The notes under the pieces are model-generated. The model saw only the letters and a program-made list of their open reading frames with translations. It did no database searches and was not told where the DNA came from. DNA of 32,000 bases from Candidatus Saccharimonadota bacterium (lineage in GTDB: Bacteria; Patescibacteriota; Saccharimonadia; Saccharimonadales; Saccharimonadaceae), in the NCBI GenBank assembly GCA_001897305.1, contig MKSO01000001.1:720001-752000 (forward strand), given 5' to 3'. Positions 1-10,143 of the stretch are shown piece after piece. Numbering within the stretch: position 1 is the stretch's first letter; the number at the start of each line of letters is the position of its first letter. The position numbers were made by a program, and so were the translations under genes.

Positions 1-68
1 ATGATGATAACGAGCTCAACAATCGTAAATCCACCACGCGCCAATACTCTGCTATACTTCACGTTCAT
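1..68 (-). CDS. type IV pilin-like protein, N-terminal fragment (continues off the left edge)
   Basis: A reverse-strand ATG at 68 opens MNVKYSRVLARGGFTIVELVIII. This is a prepilin leader with a G|FTxxE cleavage/methylation motif followed by a hydrophobic helix. Confidence 0.6.
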   Translation of the reverse strand, partial: MNVKYSRVLARGGFTIVELVII

Positions 69-105
69 TCCTGTCGTTAGTATACCATTTAGGTTATGCT
101 TTTCG

Positions 106-1332
106 TTAAATGCCATCAGCCTTTGACCAGTCAGTTGCGAGGTCGAAACCGTCTGGATAACGCGTAACAAACCCACCGGTATCGTAAACACGACCTAAAC
201 CGGCGCTTGTCTCAACAATTGAACATCGAGGGTAGCGTGCATAATTGGCGGCAATGATAATATACCCCTCAGAATCTATCTTCATACCATCAAATCGAAC
301 TGTATAGCGGCCGCCTTGGCCACAAGCGTACATAACAACGGACATATTTAAATCGTAGTATGTCTCGCGGTGTGTTATGCCATTACTATCAGTAAAGAAG
401 CCTGCACCCTTAGACTGTGTTAAGCCTGCACTGAGGTCTTTAATACCAATGACGATTGTTTGCGGTGTCGGTTCTTTTGTCACGAGCTGATTAATTTCTT
501 TACGCGAAACTTCTTCGCCATCTTTAATCTCGACCTGGTAGGTGATTGTACGCACACCTTCAGCACCTTTTGTACCCGCTGCGCGATAACGAACCGGTCG
601 GTCGGCATCATACACAATTTGTGTACCATACCCGATAGGCTCCTCGACCGTTGTCGTCTGGATACCCTCACGCCAGACACGAACTGCTAGGTTAGCAGTA
701 ACAGGCGTCGTTAACGGCAAGGATACTCGGTCATTTGCCGCTAACGTAATACCCTTTTCACTAAGCATGCCTTTTACTGTATCGGCCCGGGTTTTAATAG
801 TGGTTTTCTTACCGTATAGGTCGAGCTGTACATCAATAGCTCGACTAATCGTTAGTACTAGCCCTGCTCCATCACCGACAAAATCAGTTGAAGCAGCAAC
901 GGTTGCAGTGTCCTCGCTAGCAAGTGGAAGGCCTACATCTTTGGCAATGCGCTCCGGTGTTTGGTACGGTGTAATACTTTTTTTACGAATCGCCCCATCA
1001 ACTACAACAACAGGCCTCGCCCTATAAATACTCACCCTGTATTCCGGAGCAACAAGCTCTTCAGTTAGAGCGGGCTCGACCGCATCATGAGTATCAAAGG
1101 GTATATTCGCCTCTTTAAGAGCATCCTGGATGGTATTTGCTTGCGTTAGAAAAGAGGCCCACTGGCCACGATCATATACAGAGATCAGGTGACTTGTACC
1201 GTCCTGGGCCTTAGCAGGAGAAAGTAGCAAGAGGGAGGTCGCCGCAAAACCAACTACACCAATAATTATCCCTACTGCCGCGAAGATATTTAATCTGGCT
1301 CGTTTGTATGTCTGTTTTATTCCACCGCTCAT
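106..1332 (-). CDS. YabE/RpfB-like cell-wall protein: DUF348 repeats, G5 domain and a C-terminal 3D/RlpA-like lytic domain
   Basis: 408-aa ORF with an N-terminal TM/signal helix (IFAAVGIIIGVVGFAATSLLLL) and repeated DUF348-like modules. It has a G5-like stretch (GVRTITYQVEIKDGEEVSRKEI). The C-terminus (RVYDTGGFVTRYPDGFDLATDW) resembles 3D/double-psi-barrel lytic domains. Motif-level call only. Confidence 0.75.
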   Translation of the reverse strand: MSGGIKQTYKRARLNIFAAVGIIIGVVGFAATSLLLLSPAKAQDGTSHLISVYDRGQWASFLTQANTIQDALKEANIPFDTHDAVEPALTEELVAPEYRVSIYRARPVVVVDGAIRKKSITPYQTPERIAKDVGLPLASEDTATVAASTDFVGDGAGLVLTISRAIDVQLDLYGKKTTIKTRADTVKGMLSEKGITLAANDRVSLPLTTPVTANLAVRVWREGIQTTTVEEPIGYGTQIVYDADRPVRYRAAGTKGAEGVRTITYQVEIKDGEEVSRKEINQLVTKEPTPQTIVIGIKDLSAGLTQSKGAGFFTDSNGITHRETYYDLNMSVVMYACGQGGRYTVRFDGMKIDSEGYIIIAANYARYPRCSIVETSAGLGRVYDTGGFVTRYPDGFDLATDWSKADGI

Positions 1333-1362
1333 ACGTTAATGGATCTATTATACCACTAGCGC

Positions 1363-2136
1363 TTAGTTGAGTTCTTTCGAGATATCAATCCAGTCCTGCA
1401 ACGAGAGATCCTCAGCACGATCATCTGGTGAGATGCCATATTTACGCAAAAGCTCCTCAATACTTGGCTTGGGAAGACGTAACCCATTAGACAGACTCGT
1501 CTTCAGCTTCTTACGCTTCGCAATAAAGCCAGCTTTCACAACTCGGAAAAAAGGCTTCTCGTCTTCAGGCCGAATGAGCGGTTGGTTACGCATTTCTAAA
1601 ATAACTACTTGACTGTCGACTTTTGGTGGTGGGGTAAAAAGCTCGGCTGGGACTATATCACCAAGGCGGACCGTCGCATAAATTTGCGCACTGACTGCAA
1701 GAATACTCATACCCCCAGGTCCAGCAGCAAGTCGCTCGGCAACCTCTTTTTGGATAAGTAATACGATAGTACGAGGACGATTTGAGGCGGTGGTAAGGAG
1801 CTGAATAATTTTTGAAGTTATGTAATATGGTACGTTTGCAACAACAACATACTTTTCTGGTAATGTAGTGAGATCGTAAGTAAGGATATCTTGATTCACA
1901 ACCTCTAAACTCGTTCCGGGAAATTGACCTGGCAATTTACGGGCCAAATCGGGGTCGAGCTCTACCGCTATAACTCTTTTGGCTCTTCGCAGTAATTGGC
2001 TGGTTAACGTACCTAAGCCTGGGCCAATCTCCAATACAGTATCGTTCTCTTGTATGCCGGCCTCGTCAGCGATTCGAGCCAGTACATCTCGATCTTTGAG
2101 CCAGTGTTGTCCAAGTGATTTTTTAGGGGCTACCAT
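1363..2136 (-). CDS. rsmA: 16S rRNA (adenine1518/1519-N6)-dimethyltransferase
   Basis: 257 aa. It starts SLGQHWLKD and carries the SAM motif VLEIGPGLGTLT and the NVPYYITS motif typical of KsgA/RsmA. Confidence 0.93.
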   Translation of the reverse strand: MVAPKKSLGQHWLKDRDVLARIADEAGIQENDTVLEIGPGLGTLTSQLLRRAKRVIAVELDPDLARKLPGQFPGTSLEVVNQDILTYDLTTLPEKYVVVANVPYYITSKIIQLLTTASNRPRTIVLLIQKEVAERLAAGPGGMSILAVSAQIYATVRLGDIVPAELFTPPPKVDSQVVILEMRNQPLIRPEDEKPFFRVVKAGFIAKRKKLKTSLSNGLRLPKPSIEELLRKYGISPDDRAEDLSLQDWIDISKELN

Positions 2137-2141
2137 GCGTG

Positions 2142-3341
2142 TTAATACCAGTGATTTGCCGTCCAGAAGTTATAGGCTTTTTGCCACCCGCCGTATCTAC
2201 CGGTCACATACCCGTTCATCCAGTTGAGTGAGTCGATTGGGTTATAAGGGTTACCAGGAACTTTAGTACAAGGTAGTGCCTGTGCCAGCCCACACGCCCC
2301 CGAGGAAGCATTGACCGCATTAGGATTCCAGCCGCTCTCTCGTGACACTAAATAGTCGGCATAGCCCCAGTCGGCCTCAGCAATATTAGATGCACTTAGC
2401 CAGTCTGTCTTCGTCCCACCACCAGTATATGGAAGGGTATTCGGCTTGCTTCCCACTACCTCGACTTGCACCACTGGCTCCTGCAACGTAACACTCGCTA
2501 TTTCAGTTCTGGCAACTTCAACACCATTCTGAACCTCAACTTCATATGTCACGGTACGTTTACCGTTTTGGCCAGGCGTTTGAACAGCCTTGTATCCTAC
2601 CGTACGATCGGCATCTTTAATTTGCTCAACACCAAAGGCGACATCTTCATCAACAGTAATCGTTTGCTTCCCTTCACGCCAAACACGGAGGCTCATATCG
2701 CTCGTAATTTTCGTATCAAGAGGTGCTGAAACGCGGCCGTCATTTCCTAATACAATACCCTTTTCTTTCAATAAGCCGTCGACCGTCGTAGCCTGAGTTC
2801 GTAGTTGGGTAAGTTTGCCGTATAGGTCGATAGTAAGAGGAATAGCCCGTCGTATAGTAAGCTCAAGACCCGCACCATCACTTACAAGGTCGGTCGAACG
2901 GCTCAGCGTTGTTTTATCTTCTGGGTATAGTGTAATGCCGGCATCTTTGACAATTTTCTCCGCCGATTGATACGGACTTACTACTTTTTGGCGGGTCGCC
3001 CCGTCCACAATAGTAACCGGACGAGCCCGATAAATATTTACCTGGTAATCTGGCGCGACAAGCTTTTCGTCAAGTCCAGGTTCAACGGCATCTTTGGTAT
3101 CGAGGGCTATACCTTGGTGGGTAAGAGCGGCTTTTAGGGTATCTTCGGTAGTAACAAAGGTTGTTTCAGTGCCACGATCGTGAACTGTAATAAGCCTGCC
3201 GCCTTCAACCTGTGCTTCGGCTGTGCGCGGGAAAAATGCCAACAATGACAAAACAACACCCAGCACAATGGCTAAGGCGGTTGCACTAATAATCGTGGTG
3301 GATTTCCGTACTCGCAGTTTCATAATTGATAGAGGATACAC
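2142..3341 (-). CDS. RpfB-like cell-wall protein: DUF348 repeats, G5 domain and a C-terminal lysozyme-like transglycosylase domain
   Basis: 399-aa ORF that is a paralogue of 106-1332 over its DUF348/G5 part. The C-terminus (YLVSRESGWNPNAVNASSGACGLAQ) carries the catalytic-Glu ESG motif of IsaA/SceD/Rpf-type transglycosylases. The ORF opens with GTG at 3341; ATG at 3323 (MKLRVRK...) is an alternative start. Confidence 0.8.
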   Translation of the reverse strand: MYPLSIMKLRVRKSTTIISATALAIVLGVVLSLLAFFPRTAEAQVEGGRLITVHDRGTETTFVTTEDTLKAALTHQGIALDTKDAVEPGLDEKLVAPDYQVNIYRARPVTIVDGATRQKVVSPYQSAEKIVKDAGITLYPEDKTTLSRSTDLVSDGAGLELTIRRAIPLTIDLYGKLTQLRTQATTVDGLLKEKGIVLGNDGRVSAPLDTKITSDMSLRVWREGKQTITVDEDVAFGVEQIKDADRTVGYKAVQTPGQNGKRTVTYEVEVQNGVEVARTEIASVTLQEPVVQVEVVGSKPNTLPYTGGGTKTDWLSASNIAEADWGYADYLVSRESGWNPNAVNASSGACGLAQALPCTKVPGNPYNPIDSLNWMNGYVTGRYGGWQKAYNFWTANHWY

Positions 3342-3378
3342 CTCTCACTTCGTATCGTAATAATTATAGCACATCATG

Positions 3379-5490
3379 CTAAAGCTTTTGAAGATGTGCG
3401 TACTCGGCGTTTAGTTTTTTAGTTTGGCCATTAATAAAAGCGACCGTCACCGCCAAACCGTCTATCTCTATAATTTCACCGTCTCCAAAAGCTGCCGATC
3501 GAACTTTATCACCTTCCTCAAAACCAACTTCATCCGTATAGAATGGTTCGTCTTGGCGCGCACCCATAATGGCAGGTTCGGCATTGACCATTGCTACCTG
3601 ATTGCCCATATCAGAGACAAACCGAGAGACAGGATTATAACCTCGAGTACCAAATTGTAGACGACTATACGCATAGCTTAGGTGGAGCTCCTCGCGTGCC
3701 CGCGTCATACCCACATAACACAATCGACGTTCTTCTTCGAGTTCGGCCGGGCCAGCCTCAAACACGCGCGAGTGGGGCAAGATACCTTCTTCCATGCCCA
3801 CCATGAACACAACTGGAAATTCCAAGCCTTTGGCTGCGTGGAGCGTCATAAGTGTTACTTTATTACTACTATCACCCGTGTCGACGCTCGACATCAGGGC
3901 TACTTCTTCAAGAAAGTCTGATAGGCTGGTAAAATTTTGCGCGTCAGACAACAGCGAACCGAGGTTTTCCTCGCGGTCTTCCGCCTGGGGCGTACCATCA
4001 AGTATGTAGTCACGATACCCGACTGCGCGAATAACTTCTTCAATTAGTTCCGCCGGGTGAAGCTCGTCAATACGCTGCTGAAGATAACGGAGCTTCTCAC
4101 CTAATGACTGCAAAGCCTGTTTAGCTTTGCCAGTTACTATTTTTTCAGATTCAATCCGACACAGCGCATCAATTATGGTATCGCCGCTATCTGGTTGCCA
4201 GTTCAAAAAGCGCTCCAAGCTTGTCGCACCTACGCCTCGGGTGGGCGTATTAGCGATGCGGCTAAAACTCATTCGATCATTTGGCTGGTACAGCAGTTTT
4301 AAATACGCAATGACGTCTTTGATTTCTTTTCGATCATAAAAACGCACCCCACCAATAATTTGATATGGCACGCGTAGCTGCAAGAAAGCACGCTCGAGCG
4401 TGTAGCTTAAAGCATTGGTTCGATACAGTACCGCAAACTCATCGTAGCGACGCGCACCAATTGCTACCTGAGACGAAATGCGATCCGCTACTTGTCGAGC
4501 TTCTTCGGCTTCATCGTAGGCGCCATGGGCTTGTACAGGCGCTCCTGCCCCGCTCGCCGTCCAAAGTTTCTTATCTGTTCGCTGGGTATTCTTGGTAATA
4601 ACAGCGTTAGCCGCATCTAAAATATTACCCGTGCTCCGGTAGTTTTGCTCTAATTTAACCACTTTCGCACCCGGAAAATCCCGCTCAAAGTTTAATATAT
4701 TGGTAAAATCGGCCCCCCGCCAGCTATAAATTGATTGCCAATCGTCACCGACTACACATATGTTTTGTTGGTCGTTTACGAGCAGCTTTACAAGTTGATA
4801 CTGGGCAGCATTAGTGTCCTGGTACTCGTCTATTAAAATGTATTCGAATTGCGCCCGCCACTTAGCCCGAAGTTCTGAGTTGTCACGAAGCAGGCGAACG
4901 GCTTCGATGAGAAGATCGTCAAAATCAAGCGCCTGTGCAGTGCGACGACGCTTTTCGTATTCGCGGTATACCTTCGCAACGTTTTTCTGAAAAGGATAGT
5001 GTGCCGAGGCCTCATATTCATTTGGGTCTTGAAGGGCATTTTTAGCCGATGAAATTGCACCGCTCACCGCCGACGGTTTCATGTCCTTATCAGAGATAGA
5101 AAGGTTTTTCATTACCTGCTTAACCAAGCCTTGTCGATCGTCCTCATCGTAAATAACGAAGTTTCGCGGAATCGACAACGCCGCGCCGTCCATTCGAAGT
5201 AAACGGACGCAAATACTGTGGAATGTGCCCATCCATGGCATAAATGACCGATCATTTGGTTGTTGTAGTAGGCCTGAAAGCCGTTCACGCATTTCCTTGG
5301 CCGCTTTATTCGTAAAAGTAACCGCTAAAATATGGCTTGGCCACACTTTTTGCTCGGCAACCAGTAGCGCAATACGATGCGTTAATGTCTTCGTCTTACC
5401 ACTTCCGGCGCCAGCTAAGATTAACAACGGACCGCTTGTTGTGAGAGCCGCTTCTGTTTGCGCCTCATTTAAACCCTCAAGTAAATTCAT
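3379..5490 (-). CDS. pcrA: ATP-dependent DNA helicase PcrA/UvrD family
   Basis: 703 aa with a Walker A motif (AGAGSGKTKTLTHR), the DEYQDTN motif, YRS and VTLMTLHAAKGLEFP, all characteristic SF1 UvrD/PcrA motifs. Confidence 0.93.
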   Translation of the reverse strand: MNLLEGLNEAQTEAALTTSGPLLILAGAGSGKTKTLTHRIALLVAEQKVWPSHILAVTFTNKAAKEMRERLSGLLQQPNDRSFMPWMGTFHSICVRLLRMDGAALSIPRNFVIYDEDDRQGLVKQVMKNLSISDKDMKPSAVSGAISSAKNALQDPNEYEASAHYPFQKNVAKVYREYEKRRRTAQALDFDDLLIEAVRLLRDNSELRAKWRAQFEYILIDEYQDTNAAQYQLVKLLVNDQQNICVVGDDWQSIYSWRGADFTNILNFERDFPGAKVVKLEQNYRSTGNILDAANAVITKNTQRTDKKLWTASGAGAPVQAHGAYDEAEEARQVADRISSQVAIGARRYDEFAVLYRTNALSYTLERAFLQLRVPYQIIGGVRFYDRKEIKDVIAYLKLLYQPNDRMSFSRIANTPTRGVGATSLERFLNWQPDSGDTIIDALCRIESEKIVTGKAKQALQSLGEKLRYLQQRIDELHPAELIEEVIRAVGYRDYILDGTPQAEDREENLGSLLSDAQNFTSLSDFLEEVALMSSVDTGDSSNKVTLMTLHAAKGLEFPVVFMVGMEEGILPHSRVFEAGPAELEEERRLCYVGMTRAREELHLSYAYSRLQFGTRGYNPVSRFVSDMGNQVAMVNAEPAIMGARQDEPFYTDEVGFEEGDKVRSAAFGDGEIIEIDGLAVTVAFINGQTKKLNAEYAHLQKL

Positions 5491-5531
5491 TACCTTCTAT
5501 TATAGCCGAGATGATAGCTTACGGATAGGCT

Positions 5532-6509
5532 CTATAAAGCAGGCAGAATAAAGAAATAGAACGCCAAGCCAGCACCCGCACCAATCAAGGCAAGGACAAC
5601 TATCCAAACAACAAGCCAGACACCACTTGATTTCTTCTTAGCATCCACCAAAGGCTGATGATAGGCTTCAGTATCATAAATTGCACCGCTATCGGCTTCC
5701 TCTCTTGGTTGCTCGGTATATTGCTGGGTAATTGAAGCTGACGGCGTCGGTTCAATAACAGGTTCAATATCGACATGTTCTACTTCACTTACCGACAGGG
5801 TTGCAGTCTTTTCAATAGAGGGCCCTTCGGCAGGTGATTCAAGCACAACATCCTCTACGTGCTCTTCTAGTAACGGCTCGTCGGGGGCTTCAATGAGCGT
5901 ATTCTCAGGTTGGTCAAACATCGATAAATGAAGCAAAGAAGCTGAAGTCGGGCTACCACCAAGCGGTCGCTTCTCGACTTTCGCGTCTGGAAGGAATGGG
6001 GTTTCTAGCGCAGATGTCGTGTCAATTGGACGGACGGGACTCAGTTCAAAATCCGGCTCGAGTTCATAATCAGAGAGTAAAGAACCTTTTAATGGTTGGG
6101 GTAAAGGCTGCGATGGTTTAGGTACAACAGGTGCAGGCGTGGATGGTTTACTAAAAGGAGTTGGTGTACTACGCATATCTGAAGATGGATGAACAACATC
6201 CATGAAACGCCCCGTCGCCCGACGAGCAGCCGGAGCAGTCGTGGTGTGCAATGCAGTGCTATGTACACTTGGGTTCGGGGTGGCAGTTGCCTGGGCTGGT
6301 TGTGTCTCTGTTGGTTTCTCTGGAGTAGCTACTGGTTCGTCAACAGGCCTCTCGCTAAGCTCGACAGCAGGTTCGTCTACTGGTGTTGGCGTAAATGCAG
6401 GCGTTTCTTCTTTTGGCTGTGCATCGGTAGCGGTTGGAGTAGTTTTAACAGGGTTTGCTAACGCACCCGTTACTGCTTTATCCAGCTCTTCAAAATCAAA
6501 ATCGGACAT
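5532..6509 (-). CDS. Pro/Thr/Glu-rich low-complexity protein with a single C-terminal TM anchor
   Basis: 325-aa ORF with an acidic N-terminus and long P/T/E/A-rich tracts. Its only hydrophobic helix is at the extreme C-terminus (VWLVVWIVVLALIGAGAGLAFYFFILPAL). I recognise no catalytic motif. Confidence 0.65.
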   Translation of the reverse strand: MSDFDFEELDKAVTGALANPVKTTPTATDAQPKEETPAFTPTPVDEPAVELSERPVDEPVATPEKPTETQPAQATATPNPSVHSTALHTTTAPAARRATGRFMDVVHPSSDMRSTPTPFSKPSTPAPVVPKPSQPLPQPLKGSLLSDYELEPDFELSPVRPIDTTSALETPFLPDAKVEKRPLGGSPTSASLLHLSMFDQPENTLIEAPDEPLLEEHVEDVVLESPAEGPSIEKTATLSVSEVEHVDIEPVIEPTPSASITQQYTEQPREEADSGAIYDTEAYHQPLVDAKKKSSGVWLVVWIVVLALIGAGAGLAFYFFILPAL

Positions 6510-6518
6510 GTCCCCTCC

Positions 6519-7298
6519 CTATGCGCCCTTCTTGGTACTGTTGTAAGCTTTTTCTACAATTGTCGCAAATGACTGAGCGTCGAGGCTTGCGCCACCTACT
6601 AATAGTCCATCTACTTCCGCTAACGTAAGGTAGTCTGCAGCACTGTCAGCTGTAACACTTCCACCATACAGTACTTGAATTTCGTTTGACGCTTTAGCGC
6701 CGTACAGATGCTTAATCTGGCTTCTAATAGAGACGATAGCCTCGGTAACATCGTTTGGCAATGCATTGTTACCCGTACCGATAGCCCAGACTGGTTCATA
6801 GGCAATAATCACTTGGTCAAGCTCGTCACTCGTTATATTAGCAAGGCCACCAAGTAACTGGTCGTGGATAATATCCTTTGTCTCACCAGCCGCACGCTCG
6901 CTGGCCGTCTCACCTACACACAAAACGGGACGAATACCGTTGCGAATAGCCGCTTGAACCTTCGCACGGGTATCTTTATCTGTTTCGTGAAAAACGTGGC
7001 GGCGCTCCGAGTGCCCAACTAAAGCGTAAGATACAATACCCCGCAACTGTGTCGCAGATACCTCACCAGTGAAGGCACCGTGATCACGCCAATAAAAATT
7101 TTGTGCCGCTAGTTTGAATTGACGATGATTCACTTGAAGGCTGAGGGTTTGCAATGCAAGCATTGTTGGCGCTAGTACAAGTTGCACATCGCGGTGAATT
7201 TTTACCTTTTCGGCCAATTTATGGAGGTACAGACTTGACTCATGAACTCCGAGGTTCATCTTCCAGTTGGCAATAATTAATTTCTTGTCTTGAGCCAT
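6519..7298 (-). CDS. tpiA: triose-phosphate isomerase
   Basis: 259 aa with the TIM signatures IIANWKMN, VGHSERR and AYEPVWAIGTG. Confidence 0.95.
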   Translation of the reverse strand: MAQDKKLIIANWKMNLGVHESSLYLHKLAEKVKIHRDVQLVLAPTMLALQTLSLQVNHRQFKLAAQNFYWRDHGAFTGEVSATQLRGIVSYALVGHSERRHVFHETDKDTRAKVQAAIRNGIRPVLCVGETASERAAGETKDIIHDQLLGGLANITSDELDQVIIAYEPVWAIGTGNNALPNDVTEAIVSIRSQIKHLYGAKASNEIQVLYGGSVTADSAADYLTLAEVDGLLVGGASLDAQSFATIVEKAYNSTKKGA

Positions 7299-7332
7299 TA
7301 TTCTTATGCTTTTTCTTGATCTTTAGTGTAGC

Positions 7333-8556
7333 TTATCTTGGAGCATCTAGCAAACTCTCAACCCCTGGAAGTTTTTTACCGGCCATAAGTTCAAGCGAAG
7401 CTCCTCCACCCGTTGACACGTGCGTAAAGCTTTCGCCACCATGACCGTCCCACTTGAGTACAAAATCAGCCGTATCGCCGCCACCTATAATAGAGGTGGT
7501 TTCAGGGCGGGCAGCCAATTCAAGCGCGAGCCGGGCTGAACCATGGGCAAATTCTGGTAATTCAGCGTAGCCAAGGGTACCGTTCCAAATAACGGTTTCC
7601 GCCTGGGCTACTTCTTCGGCAACACGCTCGATAGAATCATCGCCAATGTCGAGTGCTTTGTCATCCTTAGCAAGGTTGCCCAGCTTTACGTTACGGCGTT
7701 TTTGACCCTCGACAGCTTCATGGGCAACGGCGACATCGGTAGGTAATACTATGAAATCTTCTATGCTCGTATCGAGCTTTTTGTGGGCTGCTGTATATAT
7801 ACCGTCCAACACTTTTTCCTGGCCCTCTTCGACCATACTTGCACCCATGTGATGACCCTTGTACTGAAGGAATGTATTGGCCATAGCACCGCCAATAATA
7901 ATTTTGTCGGCAATATCGACAAAGCGTTCGATAACGGTAATTTTGTCACTTACCTTTGCCCCACCCATAACAGCAACCAGCGGCCGTTTTGGTTTTCCCA
8001 TGGCATTAGTAATAGTGACATACTCTTTTTCAAGCAATAGACCAGCAACACTAGGAATGTAGTGAGTGATAGCATCGGTACTAGCATGTGCGCGGTGAAC
8101 GACGCCAAAACCATCCTGCACAAAATAACGCGCAGCTGTACTTGTGGCTATATTTTTAGCAAAGTCCTCATCGTTCGCTTCTTCTTCGCTGTAAAAACGG
8201 AGGTTTTCTAGCAAGATAACGGAACCTTGAGGGGCCTTTTTGACTGCTCGCGCAACCTTATCACCAATGCAATCGTCGACAAAATCAACTTTATGATCAA
8301 GTAGTTCGCCTAGGCGCTTTGCGATCGGCTTAAGACTCAAACTCGCATCGCGGCCTTCGGGCCGGCCAAGGTGGCTCATAATAACCACTTTGCAGTGGTG
8401 TTTCAGCAAATATTCGATAGTGGGCACACTTGCCCTAATGCGTAGATCATCACTTATTGCCCCTGTCTTGCTAAGAGGCACGTTGTAGTCTGCGCGCACT
8501 AAGACCGTTTTTCGATCTAATGGAACGTCTTTGATCGTTCGTTTAAAGAAAGCCAT
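7333..8556 (-). CDS. pgk: phosphoglycerate kinase
   Basis: 407 aa with RADYNVP, the MSHLGRP hinge motif and a C-terminal STGGGASLE motif. Confidence 0.95.
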   Translation of the reverse strand: MAFFKRTIKDVPLDRKTVLVRADYNVPLSKTGAISDDLRIRASVPTIEYLLKHHCKVVIMSHLGRPEGRDASLSLKPIAKRLGELLDHKVDFVDDCIGDKVARAVKKAPQGSVILLENLRFYSEEEANDEDFAKNIATSTAARYFVQDGFGVVHRAHASTDAITHYIPSVAGLLLEKEYVTITNAMGKPKRPLVAVMGGAKVSDKITVIERFVDIADKIIIGGAMANTFLQYKGHHMGASMVEEGQEKVLDGIYTAAHKKLDTSIEDFIVLPTDVAVAHEAVEGQKRRNVKLGNLAKDDKALDIGDDSIERVAEEVAQAETVIWNGTLGYAELPEFAHGSARLALELAARPETTSIIGGGDTADFVLKWDGHGGESFTHVSTGGGASLELMAGKKLPGVESLLDAPR

Positions 8557-8581
8557 ACCCCACCCTATATGTTATTTGCTT

Positions 8582-10003
8582 CTATTCTAGCACGCGAACC
8601 TTGATTGTGTCAGTAGTTCCGATAACACCTGGTTGTTGACCACTGACGATAATAACTTTTGCCCGGCCTTCACCAAAGAAGCCTTCGGCTTTTAGTTCTT
8701 TGAACAAATCAAAACCAGCCTCTGGGGCGTCTGGACGAACGTAATTGCGGTTTGCATAGCTTAGTGCTAATTGCTGAGCAGCTTGTTGTTCACTAGTTAC
8801 GCTGATAATTGGCAAGTTAGGACGGTGCGCAGCAATAGTTGCGGCAGTTGCACCAGATTTTGTCTCGGCAATAATAGCATCAACCTTAAGTTGTTCCGCA
8901 AGAGATACGGCAGCCGTACCAATAGCGTCAAGCTGTACATTTTTAGCAATCACATCGTGCATTGGCGCAACAGCAGCGTTGTCTTGGGTATAAAGAATAA
9001 CCCGCTTCATAGCAGCAACTGTTTCGAGTGGGTAGTTACCGTTGGCAGTTTCATCAGATAACATAACCGTGTCGGCACCTTGGATGACCGCGTTGGCAAC
9101 GTCGCTTACCTCAGCACGGGTTGGCTCTGGGTTGTCAACCATGCTCGCCATCATTTGGGTTGCAACGATGCTTAGTTTTGCGTGCTTACGGCATAGTGCT
9201 AATAATTTACGCTGTACGATTGGCACTACTTCAGCACCAGCTTCGACGGCCAAGTCACCACGGGCAACCATAATACCGTCGGTAGCCTTGACGATTTCTT
9301 CCATGACATCATCTTTGATGGCTGCTTTGGTCTCAATCTTGGCAATAATTTGCGCGTTTGACCCACCAGCTACGAGAATCTGGCGCAGGTTGTTAATGTC
9401 ATCAGGACTTTGTACGAAGCTGAGCGCAACATAGTCGATATCTTGCGTTAAACCATATTCGATGTCTTGAAGGTCTTTAGGGGTAAGAATATCACCACCA
9501 AAGTCCGTATCAGGCAGGTTGATACCTTTTTTACTCATAAGAATGCCGTCGTTTTCGATACGCACCTTAATGGCAGTTTCAGAAGTAATTTCGATAACAG
9601 TCGTGCGTACTTTACCGTCAAAAATGTAGATAGGCTCGCCTACTTTTACTTTTTCAGCCAAGTTGTATTGGATAGGTAGGTTTGCCGAACCATCGTGTTC
9701 TTCAACAGCGTGGTCAAGAATAATTTCATCACCCTTACGCACTTCAAAACGATTGTCTTTTAGGGCGCCGAGGCGAATTTTAGGACCCTGAAGGTCTTGA
9801 AGAATAGCAACCGGCTTGCCAATACGACGGCTCGCGTCACGGATAGCAGGAATTTGAATGTCACGCTCTTCGTGTGAACCGTGACTAAAGTTAAGACGAA
9901 TACCGTTAACACCGGTAGCAATAAGTTGCTCGATCATTTCTGGGGTTGAGGTTGCTGGCCCGAGAGTTGCAAGAATTTTAGTTCGTTTGAAAATGATTGC
10001 CAT
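8582..10003 (-). CDS. pyk: pyruvate kinase
   Basis: 473 aa with TKILATLGPA, NGIRLNFSHG, the MVARGDL motif and TQMMASM. Confidence 0.95.
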   Translation of the reverse strand: MAIIFKRTKILATLGPATSTPEMIEQLIATGVNGIRLNFSHGSHEERDIQIPAIRDASRRIGKPVAILQDLQGPKIRLGALKDNRFEVRKGDEIILDHAVEEHDGSANLPIQYNLAEKVKVGEPIYIFDGKVRTTVIEITSETAIKVRIENDGILMSKKGINLPDTDFGGDILTPKDLQDIEYGLTQDIDYVALSFVQSPDDINNLRQILVAGGSNAQIIAKIETKAAIKDDVMEEIVKATDGIMVARGDLAVEAGAEVVPIVQRKLLALCRKHAKLSIVATQMMASMVDNPEPTRAEVSDVANAVIQGADTVMLSDETANGNYPLETVAAMKRVILYTQDNAAVAPMHDVIAKNVQLDAIGTAAVSLAEQLKVDAIIAETKSGATAATIAAHRPNLPIISVTSEQQAAQQLALSYANRNYVRPDAPEAGFDLFKELKAEGFFGEGRAKVIIVSGQQPGVIGTTDTIKVRVLE

Positions 10004-10056
10004 AATAAGAAAAGCCCTTTTTGAATGTTATATTAGTCACCTTTGGTCGGTTCTAT

Positions 10057-10131
10057 TGGTGATCTCACGGAGAATCGAACTCCGATTGCCAGGATGAAAA
10101 CCTGGTGTCCTAACCGTTAGACGATGAGACC
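10057..10131 (-). tRNA. tRNA-Glu (anticodon UUC), CCA encoded
   Basis: The reverse complement reads GGTCTCA TC GTCT AACGGTTA GGAC A CCAGG TTTTCAT CCTGG CAAT CGGAG TTCGATT CTCCG TGAGATC A CCA. It folds by hand into a cloverleaf with anticodon TTC. Confidence 0.9.
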
Positions 10132-10143
10132 ATCAAAAGAACT

